A DNA stretch of 64,000 nucleotides from NCBI RefSeq assembly GCF_009914755.1, contig NC_060942.1, one strand, 5' to 3'. The notes beneath the pieces were generated by a model that searched no databases, had not been told where the DNA came from, and worked only from the letters and a program-made list of their open reading frames with translations. The position numbers and the translations under genes are program-made. Numbering within the stretch: the first letter of the stretch is position 1; every line of letters starts with the position of its first letter. Shown here one piece after another: positions 41,120 through 55,700 of the stretch. The DNA is from the human T2T-CHM13v2.0 reference genome, Homo sapiens.

Positions 41120-43355
41120 TGATATGGTTTGACTGTGTCCCCACACAAATCTCATCTTGAATTTTTGTTTCCATAATCCCCAAGTGTCATAGGAGGCACC
41201 CAGTGGGAAGTGATTGGATCATGCTTTTCTTGCAATAGTGAATTATCATGAGATCTGATGGTTTTATAAACATTTGACATTTTCCCTGCTGGCATTCATT
41301 TTCCTGCTCCTCTGTGAAGAGGTGCATTCCATCATGATTGTGAGTTTCCTAAGGCCGTCCCAGCCATGCAGAACTGTTAATCAATTAAACCTATTTTCTT
41401 TATGAATTACCCAGTCTTGGTTGTTTCTTCATAGCAGCATGAGAACAGACTAATACAGTACATTGATATCGGGATTGGGGCACTGCTGTAAGGATATCTA
41501 AAAATGTGAAAGCGACTTTGGAACTGGGTAACAGGCAGACATTGAAAAATTTGGAGAGCTCAGAAGAAGACAGAAAAATGTCAGAAAGTTTGAAACTTCC
41601 TAGAGACTAGTTGAATGGCATTGAGCAAAATGCTGAAAGCAATATGGACAATAAAGTCCAGGCTGAGATGGTCTCAGATGGAGATGAGGAACTTGTTGGG
41701 AACTGGACCAAAGGTCACTCTTGCTATGCTTTAGTAAAGAGACTGGTGGCATTTTACCCCGGCCCTAGAGATCTGTAGAACTTTGAACTTGAGAGAAATG
41801 ATTTACAGTAACTGGCAGAAGAAATTTCTAAGTGGCAAAGGGTTCAGGAGGAAGTAGAGCATAATAGTTTGGAAAATGTCTGATGATGTGGCAGAAATGC
41901 CTGATGATGTGACAGAAAAAAAATTCTGGGAGAAAATCAAGCTTGCTGCAGAAATTTGCATAAGTAATGGGGAGAAGATTGTTAATCACCAAGACAATGG
42001 GGAAAATGTCTCAAAGGCATGTCAGAAACCTTCATGGCAGCGCCTTCCATTACAGGCCTGGAGGCTTAGGAGGAAGAAATGGTTTTGTGGTCTGGGTCCA
42101 GGGGGACCCTGCTTCTCTGCGCAGCCTCAGGACATGGTGTCCTGTGTTCCAACTTCTTCAATTCCAGCCATGGTTAAACAGCCAAGGCATGGCTCAGGCC
42201 ATTGTTTCAGAGGGTGGAAGCCCCAATCCTTGGTGACTTCCATGTCATGTTGAGCATGTGGGTTCACAAAAGTCAAGAATCGAGGTTTGGGAACCTCTGC
42301 CTAGATTTTCAGAAGATGTATGGAAACACCTTGATGTCCAGGCAGAAGTTCGCTGCAGGGGTGGAGCCCTCATGGAGAACTTCTGCTAGGGCAGTGCAGA
42401 AGGGAAGTTTGGGGTGGGAGCCCCCACACAGAGTCCCCACTGGGGCACACGGTGCTGTGAGAAGAGGGCCACTGTCCTCCAGACCACATAATTTTAAATC
42501 CACAGACAGCTTGCACTGTCTGCCTGGAAAAGCCATAGACACTCAACACCAACCCAGGAAAGCAGCCAGGAGAGGGGCTGTACCCTGCAAAGCCACAGGG
42601 GTGGAGATGCCCAAGGCCCACTTCTTGTATCAGCTTAACCTGAATGAGAGTCATGGAGTCAAAGGAGATTATTTTGGAGCTTTATGATTTGACTGCCTCA
42701 CTGGATTTCAGACTTGCATGGGGACTGTAGCCCCTTCATTTTGGCCAATTTGTCCCATTTGGGATGGGTGTATTTACCCAATGCCTGTATCCCCATTGTA
42801 TCTAGGAAGTAACTAACTTGCTTTTGATTTTACAGGCTCATAGGCAGAAGGGACATTCCACATCTCAAATGAGACTTTGGACTTGGACTTCTGTGTTAGT
42901 GCTGGAATAAGCTAAGACTTTGAGGGACTGTTGGAAAGGCATGAATGTGTTTCAAAAAGTGAGTACATGAGATTTAGGAGTGGCCAGGGGCAGAATGATA
43001 GGGTTGACTGTGTCCCCACCAAGTATAATCCTGAATTGTAGTTCCAATAATCCCCAGGTCCCAGGAGGGACTTGGTGGGAAATGACTGGACTGAAAGAGT
43101 GGTTTACCCCATGCTGTTCTCAGGATAGTGAGTGATATCTCATGAGATCTGATTGTTTTATAGGCTTCTGGCATTTCCACTGCTGGCACTCATTGTCTCT
43201 CCTGCTGCCCTGTGAAGGGGTGCCTTCTGCTATGATTGTAAGTTTCCTGAGGCCTTCCCAGCCATGTGGAACTATGAGTCAATTAAACCTCTTTTCTTTA
43301 TAAATTACTCATTCTTAAATATATCTTCATAGCAGTGTGAGAATGGAGTAATACA
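41120..43355 (+). mobile_element. Full-length THE1C MaLR (LTR 41120-41457, internal 41458-42995, LTR 42996-43355)
   Basis: Two tgata...aataca LTRs with THE1C-type ctgctggcactcatt...ctgtgaagaggtgc; THE1-int ends ggccaggggcagaa; decayed TSD ctgcc/atgca. Confidence 0.92.
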
Positions 43356-44089
43356 ATGCATCAAGCTAAACTATATTCGCTTGCAAGAAGTTCATCTAGT
43401 TTAATATTTATGTTATATTTTTAGATTTAATGATCAATTTAAATATTTTCCACATTTTATAAACTGATTTTAAAATATTTATTCATAATTTTATTTATCC
43501 TAATTTTGTTATATTTCGTTTTTCATCCTTTTTCTTATTTCTCAAATTGAATGCTGAAGGCTTTATGTTTTGTTTTAAAATAATTCATTCAATTAACACT
43601 AAAAATTTACATTTCATTTTGAGACATCACATAAGCTTAACTTATAAACCATTTATTATCAACTACTTGTTATTCAGCAGGTGAAAATTTTCATAAATTC
43701 CAAAGAGTCCAGTGAGAAAAGAAAATTGCAAGCAGTCATGGCTATAAATAGTGAAGGAGGGGGACTAACAAAGCCCAGTCTTATTTTCTTCCACAAATTT
43801 ACATATATAAATTACTCATTGTTGTGATTTTATAAATATTATATGTTCCATATTGCATATCCTTTTTAATTATGAAAAGAATTTTAATTGCTAAATTGTT
43901 TGTTTTATTGTGTAAAGTTTTCTTATTTTATACGTGTTGCATTGAATGTTTTTGTATTCTAATTTTGCATTATTGTTTAATTTTTTTAAATTTGGAATTT
44001 ATTGAAGTTTCTCTTTTGGTGTTTAATATTTATGTCTCAAAGGCAGTGAAAGATTGGCTATGTTTTCTGTTAATTCGTCACTAAACCCC

Positions 44090-47000
44090 CTTAATGTGAA
44101 CTCATGTTGTGGGGAAACCAGTCTGCTATCTAATGCCTGGTAACAACATTGACTCTTTCACGTGGGTTGGTGCTCAAGATAGGTAGCAGTGGGTATCAAG
44201 CTGGATATTAAACTAGTCAGCTTTAGTGAAGTCATATCTAAATTGCTAAACTCATATATACAATCCATCACTGCCTTCATGGCTGTTTTTATATAAGCCC
44301 ACTGAAAAAGCGCTAAGCTGACTGGGAAAGAACATTGAATGGAAAGGTCACCTTTTCCAATTAATCCTTAAAATGAGTCTCTTCCAATAGAAAAAAAAAA
44401 AATTCTGACACTCTGAACACACCCCAAGGGGTCCATCTATAGATAACTTCTCCAAACCTTTTTTTCCCTCATCAAGTTTAAAAATATTTGCACTTGATTT
44501 TGTAGGCAGACAGATCAAACCATATTTAGTTTATGATGAGCAGTTCAGGTCACATGGTAAACAAATAAGTGGTCAACATGCATTTAGTCCCTACCATGGC
44601 CCCATAGCATGAAAAGAGCTATTAGTTAAAAGGACAATTTTACTTTTACTTTTACTTTCACTTTCCCTTAAAATCCCAAGGGCTGTGACTGAGATTCTCC
44701 TCTGGATGTCTGCCGCTGGTTCTGTACGTCTTGGTCTGCCACGGTTGATATGAATGAACTTTATTTGTTGGCTCACAGAAGCCAAGCATCAAAGTTGCTT
44801 GTACAACAGTCAGACTAAGATGAAGAGCCTCTTCTTTCTCTGTCAAGATTGGTTTCTCTCAAACCAAGCCTCTGAGATGAGAGAATGTTAATGAGAATTC
44901 TCACAGGATGATCACCTGGCACTAAAGGAAGCAGCATTGAGTAAAAAGAGAAATTGCCAAAGGACCTCAGCAAACATTGTGAAGAGCTCTGGAATTGAAA
45001 TAATTCTTCATATTGTCATAAATCAAAGCAAAGGAACTGGGCCAGCATTACTCTGCATCACCGGTCATTGGCTGTGGGTTGTATAAGGAAAGAGGTGTGA
45101 TATTCAGAATGACAGCACTTTTCAGAGGAACAAATTCTTAAAGAGAAATTTAGCCAAAAGCTCTCAGCCAACATCATTAACAGAAAATAGAGGAATGAAT
45201 GTGTCAGTCCTGAAGGTGGAAAAGGTTCTGACTGGCACAACATAGCATCCACCATAGTCTAAACTATTCTTCTCAATTCAGGAACAGTCTCCTCTGTGAT
45301 TCTGGTGAGCATTTTTCCTGGTGAATCTTTAAAGGGAAAGGTTAATGGGATGGTGTATCTTTCTCTCCAGATGAAACTAATATTCATTATCACCATCTTC
45401 TGATGCTCATTCTAGATTCTACTTACCCTTGGCTAGTGTTCCTGGGAATAAAGTTTACTTAAACTTAGACCCTCATCTTTAAGGCATCTGATACACCAGT
45501 CAAGTCACCATGCCCTTATCAAGCTGGAGCTAGTGGTCCTGTCCATTTAAAATAAAGCAAATGAGATATTACAAAGAAATATTAAATTATATCACCAACG
45601 TACAAAATATTCTTCCCTGTTCATTGCATAACAACAGACCTTCCCCCTTCTAATTATCAAGATCAAGTAGCATTGCGATATGTTGTCTTATTTGTCCAAT
45701 CATCTCTTAGCACAAGGATATTGAAGTGAGTAGGTGGTAGGTGTAGTTATTGAGAATTGTTCTATGTCCCCTAGTGAAAGTATTTTCCCTCTGCAGCCAG
45801 AATCTTTAAATCTGCCCAAAGTTGTAACAATAAAAAGCAAAATTTCTTAATTGTGTCCCAAGACACATGTATTTATTACTTACTATGGGCACAAAATTCT
45901 ATAATGGTCATTGGTTTAGAATGAACGTTTTAACAACTATTGCAGACTGAACTCCAAGTGAGGACTTCAATTTTGTATTAGAACATGTTTCATTACTAGG
46001 CTAGCAGCTACTGGATGGTGAGCATGTGACAACCCCAGTGGATCTCCTTGTCACCTGCCTAATGTTACATCTCTTTGGCTATAAAAACAAAACAAAACAA
46101 AAAAACCTTAATCAGGTGCAATATTATGTAAGGTAATGTGTTGCTTGATCAAATATGTTTACCAATCCTCAGATAATAATGCTTCCTGAGGCATATTTTG
46201 CAACTAACAAAAGCATATTTGTACTCCAAAATGAGTCAATTTCGGTAAAATTATACAATAAAGATGAAATTACTACTACTTCTGCGTCACAAAATATGGA
46301 AACAGCCCAGGTTTTAGGACTCCTAAGGGAGGATGCTGTAGGCATAATCCAAAAAGACCTACCAGACATTATACTTCCATCTTACTGGGGGAAGGTGTAA
46401 GTGATTGCCATTGTATTTGCAATTTGCAAAAGTCTTGCAATTGAAGTATCTCAGTATTTTTCTGAAAATGTATTTTGTGACAATGTCCTGAATTTTCACA
46501 GGGTTTATCTTTCATTGTGTGGAGACGCTTTGTCTCACAAAATTTCCTCATACACCTGCCAACTTGCTCAACAAATCTGATTAACGTGGTGTCATCAATA
46601 TGGTGGATCAAAGTGATATTCCACAAAGTACATTGTCTAGGTCCCTGTGACTATAACAAGGGGCAGAAGAATGAAAAAACTTTTGAAAAGATACCAAAAA
46701 TGTGTTCTATGTCTATTTCTATTGAAGGTAAAGTTTTTGGATTCTCCATTCCGACAGAGATGGGAAAGAATGCATTTGCCGTATCAGTCACTTCATATAA
46801 TGAACCAAGGCTGTGTTCATGATTCTAGCTATAGTGTCTTTAAAACAGGTATGCTCACCCTCTTATCAGCAGAAAAACAAATAAAATATATTGCAGATTA
46901 GTGCTAGTCCTACAACAAAAAGATAAAGGGCCAGTGGTTCTCATTATGTATCATTTTAATTTACCACTGTGACCTTACAAAAGCCAAATGGATCCTGAAA

Positions 47001-47555
47001 GATGACTGTGTATTACTTCAAACTCATCTAAGTATTAGATCCTAATTTATGGACTTCCACTTACCTTTCTCTATTACAATAGCTTTTACCCCACAGGTAA
47101 AGAAACTAATTAATTTGGGGATTCTATCAATGACCAAGTATCCCATTTCAACTATAATTTCAGGAACTGGAAGAATAAATAGCAGTGGTTCCATGGGTCC
47201 AGTGGACTCACTGTGAGCTACATTGCAGCCAGGATTTCATTTGTTTCCTATATTTCTATATATGTCCCCACTCAAATATGGAGTCACGATGAAGTTTGGA
47301 ACACTGGAGATTAATGTAAACTTGAACAATACGTCCAACAATTCTCAAAATAATTGGGCCTTACACTTTCTTGACTGTGTAGTTCTCAAATAAATAGCAA
47401 TTATTCCTTTGGAAGAAATGAGAACTATTTTTTTATAAACACTTGGCAAAATATTGTAAGAGTGTTTCTTCCTGAAGATCTGACCTCTCCATCTATATAG
47501 AGATTCCAACATAAAGCTGATTCAGATATGGAAACTTGGCAAGAGATTGTGACAC
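44090..47555 (-). mobile_element. Rearranged HERV16/ERVL-class provirus remnant incl. LTR16 (44841-45256)
   Basis: Minus-strand RT motifs NITLIHHIDD (ORF 46369-46626, cf. HYIDD) and DTANAFFPI (46759-46785, cf. DLANAFFSI); integrase- and protease-region similarity; LTR ends cacaacatagcatccaccata. Confidence 0.72.
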
Positions 47556-47570
47556 TATTTTTATAGTCAT

Positions 47571-50500
47571 TTAAAAACAGCTTTATTGATATATAAATTA
47601 CATACCATAAAATACACTCTTTTAAAATGTGCAATTCAGTGATTTTTTGGTACTTTTACAGCATTGTGCAACTACTGTTTAATTTTAGAGCATTTTTATA
47701 ACCCCCATAATAAAACCTGTGCCCATTAGCAGCCATTCCCTGTTTCTCCTCTCCCCAGCCCCTGGCAGCTACTACTTTGCTTTCTGTCTCTATCAATGTG
47801 CCTATCCTGGAGATGAAACATACATAGAATCATGAAACATGTGGCCTTTTCTTTCTAGCTTCTTCCATTTACTATAGTTTCTTCAAAGTTCACCCATACT
47901 TTAGTGCATGTTATTTTTATGGTTACATAATATTCCACTCTATGGATATAGCATATTTTGCTCATTCATTAATTAGTTGATAGGCATTTGAGCTGTCTAC
48001 TTTGTTACTAGCAATAAATAACGTGTCTCTAAATATATATAGTATATAGCAAGTTTTTGTGTAAACATATTTTCAATTTTTTCAAGTGTATACATGAGTG
48101 GAATTGCTGGATTGCTTGATAACTCTATATTTAACATATTTAGGAATAGCCTGTTTTTCAAAATGACTATGCCATTTTAGCACTTTACCAGCAGTGTATG
48201 AATGTTCCAATTTCTCCACATCCTCACCAACATGTACTATTGTCCCTGTCTTTATTTTAGCCATTCTTGTTTGTGTGAAGTTGGCTCTCATTGGGGTTGG
48301 ATTTTAATTTCATTAATGATGAATCACGCAGAGCATTTTTTCACGTTCTTGTCTCTCTGTATATCGTTTTAAAAATGTGTCTTCATATATTTTGTCCATT
48401 TTAAAATTAGATTATTTGTCTTTTTATTATTAAATTGTAAGAATAAATTATATATGCTGGATATAAGTCCCTTATAAGTAATATAAATTGAATTTTTTTT
48501 CCATCTGTGGATTGTCTGTTCATACTTTTGTTGGTAAATTTTAAAGCACAAAACTGGTTAAAATTTTCATGAAGTCCAATTAATCAGTTTTCTCTTTTGT
48601 CACTTGTGTTATGGTGTGATATCTAGGAAACAATTGCCTAAACCAACGTCACAAAGAGTTATTTCTATATTTTCCTCTAAGAGCTTTATTCCTTTTTTCC
48701 TTATATTTAAATTTTTGATCCATTTCTGGTTAACTGTTGCATATAGCATGGGTTGCAGGTTCAACATCATTCTTTTGCATGTAGGTATTCAGTTGATTTG
48801 ACAATGTTTATTAAAAATATCAATTTTTCCAATTGAATTTATTTAGCCTGTTTATCAAAAACAAATTAACCAAAAACACAACTGTTAAAATTTGTGGACT
48901 CTAAAATGTATTCTATTGATGTGTATGTATAAACATGCTGTCTTGATTACCTGGTACTTTTCAGTAAGTCTTAATTTGGAAAGTGTGAGTCCTCCAACTT
49001 TGATCTACACTTTCAAAATTGTTTTTAGCAATTCTAGGTCCCTTGCATTTTAATGTGAGCTCTAGATAAACCTCAAAAATTTATGTAGAAGTGATATTTT
49101 GGGATTTTTATGGGGATTTTGTTGACTCTATAGATCTTTTGGGGGAGTACTGTTATCTTAATAATGTTAAGCCTTTTAATCCATGAACTATTATATCTTT
49201 TGATTTACTTAGCTCTTTAATTTCTTTTGACAATATTTTGTGGCTTTCAGTGGACAAGTCTTGAACTTCTCTTATTAAATTTATGACTAAATATTTTATT
49301 CTTTTGGATGTTGTTGTAAATGGCATTGCTTGATGAATTTCATTTTGAGATTATTGATTATGAGTGTATAAAAATACAGTTTTTAATCTTGAAGATCTGT
49401 CTATATTGATCTTGTTGAATATATTTATTAGTTTTAATAGCATTCTTATATATGTGAATTTCTCAGAATTATCTATATACCTGCATACAAAAGCATGTCA
49501 TCTTCAAATAGAGAAGATTTTAATTATTTCTTTCCATTTGTGATGCCTTTTATTTATTTTTATCCCTTAGTGCTGTGGCTAGAATGTCTAATACAATGTT
49601 GAACAGAAATGTTGATCTTAGACATCCTTGACTTGTTCTTAATCTTAAGGAGAAAGTACCCATTCTTCCACCAATAAGCATGCTCTTAGCTGTCAAGTTT
49701 TAGTAGATGCTCTTTATCAGATTGAGGAAGTTCTCTTCTATTCCTACTTGATTGAGTACTTTCTTTGATGATGAAAAGGTAGTAGATTTGTTAAATGCTT
49801 TCTTCATTTGTATTTAGATGATTGTGGTTTTTCTCTTTTATTTTGTTAATATGGTATATTAAGTTTATTTTTATATGTTAAACTAAACTTGCATTCTAAG
49901 GATAAAACTTACTTTATCTAGGTACAGACATTTTTTATGTTACTGGATTTTATTTGGTAGTATTTTGTTGATTTTCCGTATCTATATTCATATAGAATAT
50001 TAGTCTTCAGTTTGATTTTCTTGTCATATCATTGTCTAGTTTAAGTAACAAGGTAACACTGGCTGCATTAAATGAGTTGGAAAGGGTTTCCTTCTCTTCT
50101 AATTTTGAAAGAATTTGTGAGAGTTTGTGTTAATTCTTCTTTCAATGTTTAGTAAAATCACCAATGAAACCTCCTTAGACCTGACCTTTTTTTTTTTTTG
50201 CTTTCATTATGAATTAAATCAATCTACTTGTTACAGTTATATGCAAATTTTCTATTTCTTCTTGAGTCAGTTCTGGCAATTTATGTCTTTCTAGGGATTT
50301 GTACCTTTCATTCGGGTTAGTTTGTTTATATATACTTGTTCATGGTATTTTTATCTAATATTCTTATCACTGTAAGTTTAGTAGTGATAGAACTTTCCTA
50401 ACTTCTTTTAGTTATCTCAATCTTTTTACGTTTTATTTCTTAGTCTAGTTAAAGCTCTGTCAATTTTGTAGATCTTTGAAAAAAAACACAAGATTTTGTT

Positions 50501-50650
50501 TATTTTCTGTACTGTTTTTCCACACATTTTATTAAATTTCACTCTAATTTTTATCATTTGCTTCCTTCCACTTGTTTTCAGTTTTGTTTGTTCTTTTTCA
50601 CCGTCATAAATTGAAACATTAGGTAATTGGTTTGATGTCTTTGTTATTTT
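47571..50650 (-). mobile_element. L1MB7/8-like LINE-1, about 3 kb 3' part
   Basis: Starts acagctttattgatatataaattacataccataaaatacac...cccattagcagccattccc...cccagcccctggca; decayed ORF2 peptides in ORFs 48082-48291, 48369-48551, 50426-50698. Confidence 0.82.
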
Positions 50651-50654
50651 TATT

Positions 50655-50770
50655 TTAAAATATTTAATTGACAAAGTGAAAATATTCAAGACATACAATG
50701 TAATAGCGTGATATACATATATACTGTGTAATTATTACTACAATCAAATAAATTAACATATCCATCTTCC
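50655..50770 (-). mobile_element. Short L1MA-type 3' end
   Basis: tatttaattgacaaa...tattcaagacatacaatg...acaatcaaataaattaacatatccatc. Confidence 0.55.
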
Positions 50771-51242
50771 CTTGTTTTTAATTATGTGACTTAAGTTAGT
50801 TATTTGTATGGACACTAGAGGAAGGTAGGGGATTTTACAAAGGCAATCATGTCTTAGAAGTCAGATGTGGGCTGGGGGATAGCACTAACATTTAACAAGA
50901 AGCAGAGGTCTACTTCTTTAGCCCAAGGGTTCCAGAAGAATATTTAGATTCAAATTATTTTACTATAGCCAACAGTAACGTCTTGAATCAGTGTTATAGT
51001 TGTATAAAATTGTAGTGATTTTGCCCACTGCCTATGTACTTCACTTCTAGTCTCCTCATGGTCAACCAACAATGTTAGCATCTTTGTGGGACAATCTATT
51101 TTGATTAACTCTTAATCCTTCTTGTCCCCAATGTCACTATTACTTGCCTCTGCAAACTAAGGGTCTCTACTATTCTCTGTCACTCTAGAATCACATTATC
51201 TTCAATAAAATCATAAATACATTACTAAATTTTTCTTCTGCT

Positions 51243-51794
51243 ATGTTAGTTATCTATTTCCGTATAACAACTTAGTATTTTGTTGATTAAACTTAGCTTA
51301 AAATATAGTGGCTTAAAACAAGAAACATGTATTATCTCTTACAGTTTTTGTGAGTTAGGAATTCAGAAGCAGCTTGGCTGAGTATTTCTAGCTTCAAGAC
51401 TCTCATGATATTATGCTCAGATTCTCAGCTGAGGCTGTAGTCATCTAAAGACTTGACTGGGACTGGAGGATGGACTTCCAAGGTGGCTCACTCACATCCT
51501 TGTCAGGTTAATGCTTGTTAATGGTAGGAAGCCATAGCTCAACATCAGGTCAGTATCTCCATCAGCTGCCTGAATGTCTTTATGGCATGGCAGCTGGCCT
51601 CTACCAGAACTAATGTTCCAGAATCACAATGGAAAAGTCACAATGTCTTTTATAACTCATCATCAGAAGTCACACATCATCATTTCTGAAATATCTGATT
51701 GGTTAGAAAGATCAGCTTTATTTAGTTTGTGAGAAGCTTGTAGCGTGTAGTGAATTGCAGGAGTTAAGAATTATTTTTGAGGCTGGCTACCATA
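51243..51794 (-). mobile_element. MLT1F-type LTR
   Basis: tgttagttatctatt...agtggcttaaaacaa...ggactggaggatggacttccaaggtggctcactcac...tgaggctggctaccata. Confidence 0.8.
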
Positions 51795-51994
51795 CCTCCT
51801 ACAGAGACTACAGGGACTTAAAAATTTTAAGGATGCTCATGATCACTAGCTAACATTTTTAATCAATGCATTGATGAATTAATTATCTTCTGTTCTTGCT
51901 CAAGAGACATACTCTTTTGGTGAGTAAGTAAACTCATATGATTAATAAAACACTTCAGCATTCTCATTCCACTGTTTTACTATTTGTTGTATAT

Positions 51995-52185
51995 AAGAGG
52001 TTAGAAAACTATGACAGAGCCTGCAGCCTATTTTTGTTTGAACTCCAAGTAAAAATGGATTTTATATTTTAAAAGTTGTTTTTTTAAAAGGAAAAATATG
52101 AAGAATGTGCATCAAATATGTAATATGGCCTATAAAACCTAAAATATTTACTATTTACCTTTTCAGAAAAAGGTTCTGACTCCTG
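51995..52185. mobile_element. MER58-type hAT-Charlie MITE
   Basis: gaggttagaaaactatg...tatggcctataaaacctaaaatatttactatt...cagaaaaaggttctgactcctg. Confidence 0.65.
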
Positions 52186-52217
52186 TCCTAGATTATACCA
52201 ATAGACTGTTGTTTTTC

Positions 52218-52566
<349 letters not shown>

Positions 52567-53835
52567 TAAAATCAAGTAACTCAACCGGGTAGAGAAACAG
52601 AATTTATTTTAGTCATTCTATGTGTCCTATAGAATTCAAAACTTTAGATAAATTTTTCATAGTGATAAAACCATACCAATCTAAATATATTTTCCTTGTA
52701 TAAAAACTTCAAAATCTGTATCACATGTATTTCAGTGTATAACATCTTTCAATCTATGCCACACATATTCCCCACACTTGCACCAATATTAATTTATAAA
52801 CACATTTTATGTTTACGTCTTCTCCTCCAGGGTTTAACTACCTGGTTATGCTGAATTGGAGTTTAGTAAGAAGCCTAGGGTCAAAGTAAAGTAATAGGAG
52901 CTAGACACAATCAAGTTTGGTATTTTCTTCCAAAAACAAAAACAAAGAGCAAAAGTAACCTACCTTAGATGAAATCATTACAGAGTCTTGAACCTGGCTC
53001 ATTGGATTTTACTGTACGGGACATTCAGTAGAATAAACAGGTTTATGCTTCTTGAAAAAAACTAACCCTCCTCAATACCCTATTCCAATTTTGAACATTA
53101 TAGTCACCCATTTCTTGTCCTAATTTTATATATGAGAGCTAGGAACATTGTGAATTTGTATGTAATAATTCAAATATCTGAAGGATTTATCTTTTTACAA
53201 TACCTCTGCTACATGAATGTTTTGGCTTCAATACACAGAATATTATATTTTAGTAGTCATAGTTGCTCTCTGGTTCTTTGACAATGCCTCGAGTCGTATT
53301 TCTACTTGCCTTTTTTATTTTTAAATTCTCAGGCAGAGTTAGAAAAAAAACATTTCCACCTGAAAAACATATTATTTCTGCCTTTTATTATGGGAAATAC
53401 TGGCATTCATTGAAGTGTAAAAGTCTTGTTCTAAATATAAATTTTATTCCAGGTGACCACCAGTGATGATTCAATAACTGCATTAATAGAGTTATCAATA
53501 TCTGCAAAAAAGATCACTTCTCGATTCTGTAATATGCACAGATTATTATCACATTAAAAAAATACTTGAAAGCCAAATTCTTATGTTTCCTTTTTTTTTT
53601 TTAATTGTCTGAAAATCCTCATCAAAAATACTGCATTTGTCAGCATTATTTGGTAAGATTACAGAAGTCACCTAGTAAGAGTGGATATTACATGACCCAT
53701 AAAATCACTGAATGTCCAGGGGGAAAGACTCTAGGCTGAGCTTTCAGAATTAGCATCCTGAACCACACACAGAACTGTCATGATAAAGTAGACCTTGACC
53801 TTGAAACCATGCTATTTCTACCACAACTTAAATCA

Positions 53836-54170
<335 letters not shown>

Positions 54171-55109
54171 AAAGAGTCAATTTGTTTATGTAGCTTACAT
54201 AGCTTACTTCTGAATCAGTCTCATGTATATGTTTTTAACCAACTGCAGTTGACCCTGGGATAAATTTTTTCATATGCAACTTTAAAAAGCAGATTTCACA
54301 ATGTAATGAATTTTCAAAATGTAGAAAGCTAGTTCAAAGTTTTGTAGCAAACCAAATACCATATGACCACTTTTTGGCCACTTGCTCTCTTCATTCTCTT
54401 TCTCATTTTCTTGCTGTCTTACTATCTTGTTCTCACTCTTTATGATCTATCTTATTTTCCTAATAATATCATGTTTTATGAATTTTGATGCTATGACATT
54501 TGCCTACTGTTTATATTATCTATATGAAATGAATTCCCTATTTAGTATTTTATTTGATTGTGCTTCAGTATCAACATTGCAATCACTGTTTTCTTTCATT
54601 TATGCTTGTCTAATGTAATTTTAGCCTTCATTTTACATTTAGGCTTGATGGGTCAATTTTTTAAAAATATCTCATCAACCTGAAGTCACTTAATGTTTAT
54701 TTTTTAATCCAATCTGTGAGCCATTTTAAGAAGTTATTTTCCTAAATGAAACTTTCATTTATATACGAGCTCATCAATCTAAATTCCTTCAAAATTTAAT
54801 CTAATAGTTGCTACATCCATCATAGATTTTAATTCAAAGATCTTATTTTTCGTCTCTTGTTGAATCCTTTTAAATCTTCACAAAATAAGGTTGTCCTTCT
54901 TCACGGCATGTTGCTTTGTTTTCTTAGGAAGAGCAAGCATGTTTTTGAAAGTTCGTGAAGACACAAAGTCATTTTTCAACAAATGTGTTTCCCTTCTTGC
55001 AGCAAGTCTTTTGTAGAAAAACCATGTCAAAATTCAAAAGAATTGGATACTCCTTCTTTTGCACAGCAGAATTACCTCAAATGCTTCCATTTTTGACTTT
55101 ATTATTTTT

Positions 55110-55700
55110 TCTAGTTAAGACAAAGGGATTTTAATACAATGAACTGGTCAGGTATATGGAAAAAGTGAAATATTAGCCAGTGCATAGAAAGGCCAGCCAG
55201 AAATAAGGAAGCACAGGAAGCACTGGCATCCTGGGCTATCAGGAGTGACAGCGGAGTCACCTGACCCAGAGCACAGCAGAAAATGACAGGGAAGAGATTT
55301 GGCCCTGATGAAGTTGCCCCTCACCAACAGGAGGGAAGGCGAGAAATGCTGTCATTCTCACTCTCCTTTCCTGCAGCTCCTTGTCTTTTTTCAATTTCTC
55401 TTGTTGCCCAAAACAAATGAAAGAGACATGGAAGTCTAGTAAATACAGGCTGAAAAGTTTATCTTTCCTTTTAGAAGAAACAGAGTAAACGAGAAGAAAA
55501 GAGAGACAGCAAACAGGGTCACCAAATAGGCACTATCTACCTATTTTGCTAGTCAGCAACATTCTCACTCATCTACCAATTTTAATTTACCATGCAAACG
55601 TTTATGGTCCCACCTAACCTGAGACAACTTCCTGTTTTTAAAAGTCAAATCACTTACATCTCTTTTACAAGGAGGAGAGACTCAGTCTGAATAATCATAA
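55110..55700 (-). mobile_element. Ancient ERVL LTR plus adjoining internal 3' end
   Basis: gggattttaatacaatgaactgg... LTR-like; 55600-55690 tcccacctaacctgagacaacttcctg...aggaggagagactcagtc resembles reverse ERVL-int terminus. Confidence 0.45.

Noticed and set aside
41876-42687. Cluster of overlapping 77-161-aa ORFs
   Set aside because: All lie in the THE1C internal region; fragmented MaLR remnants
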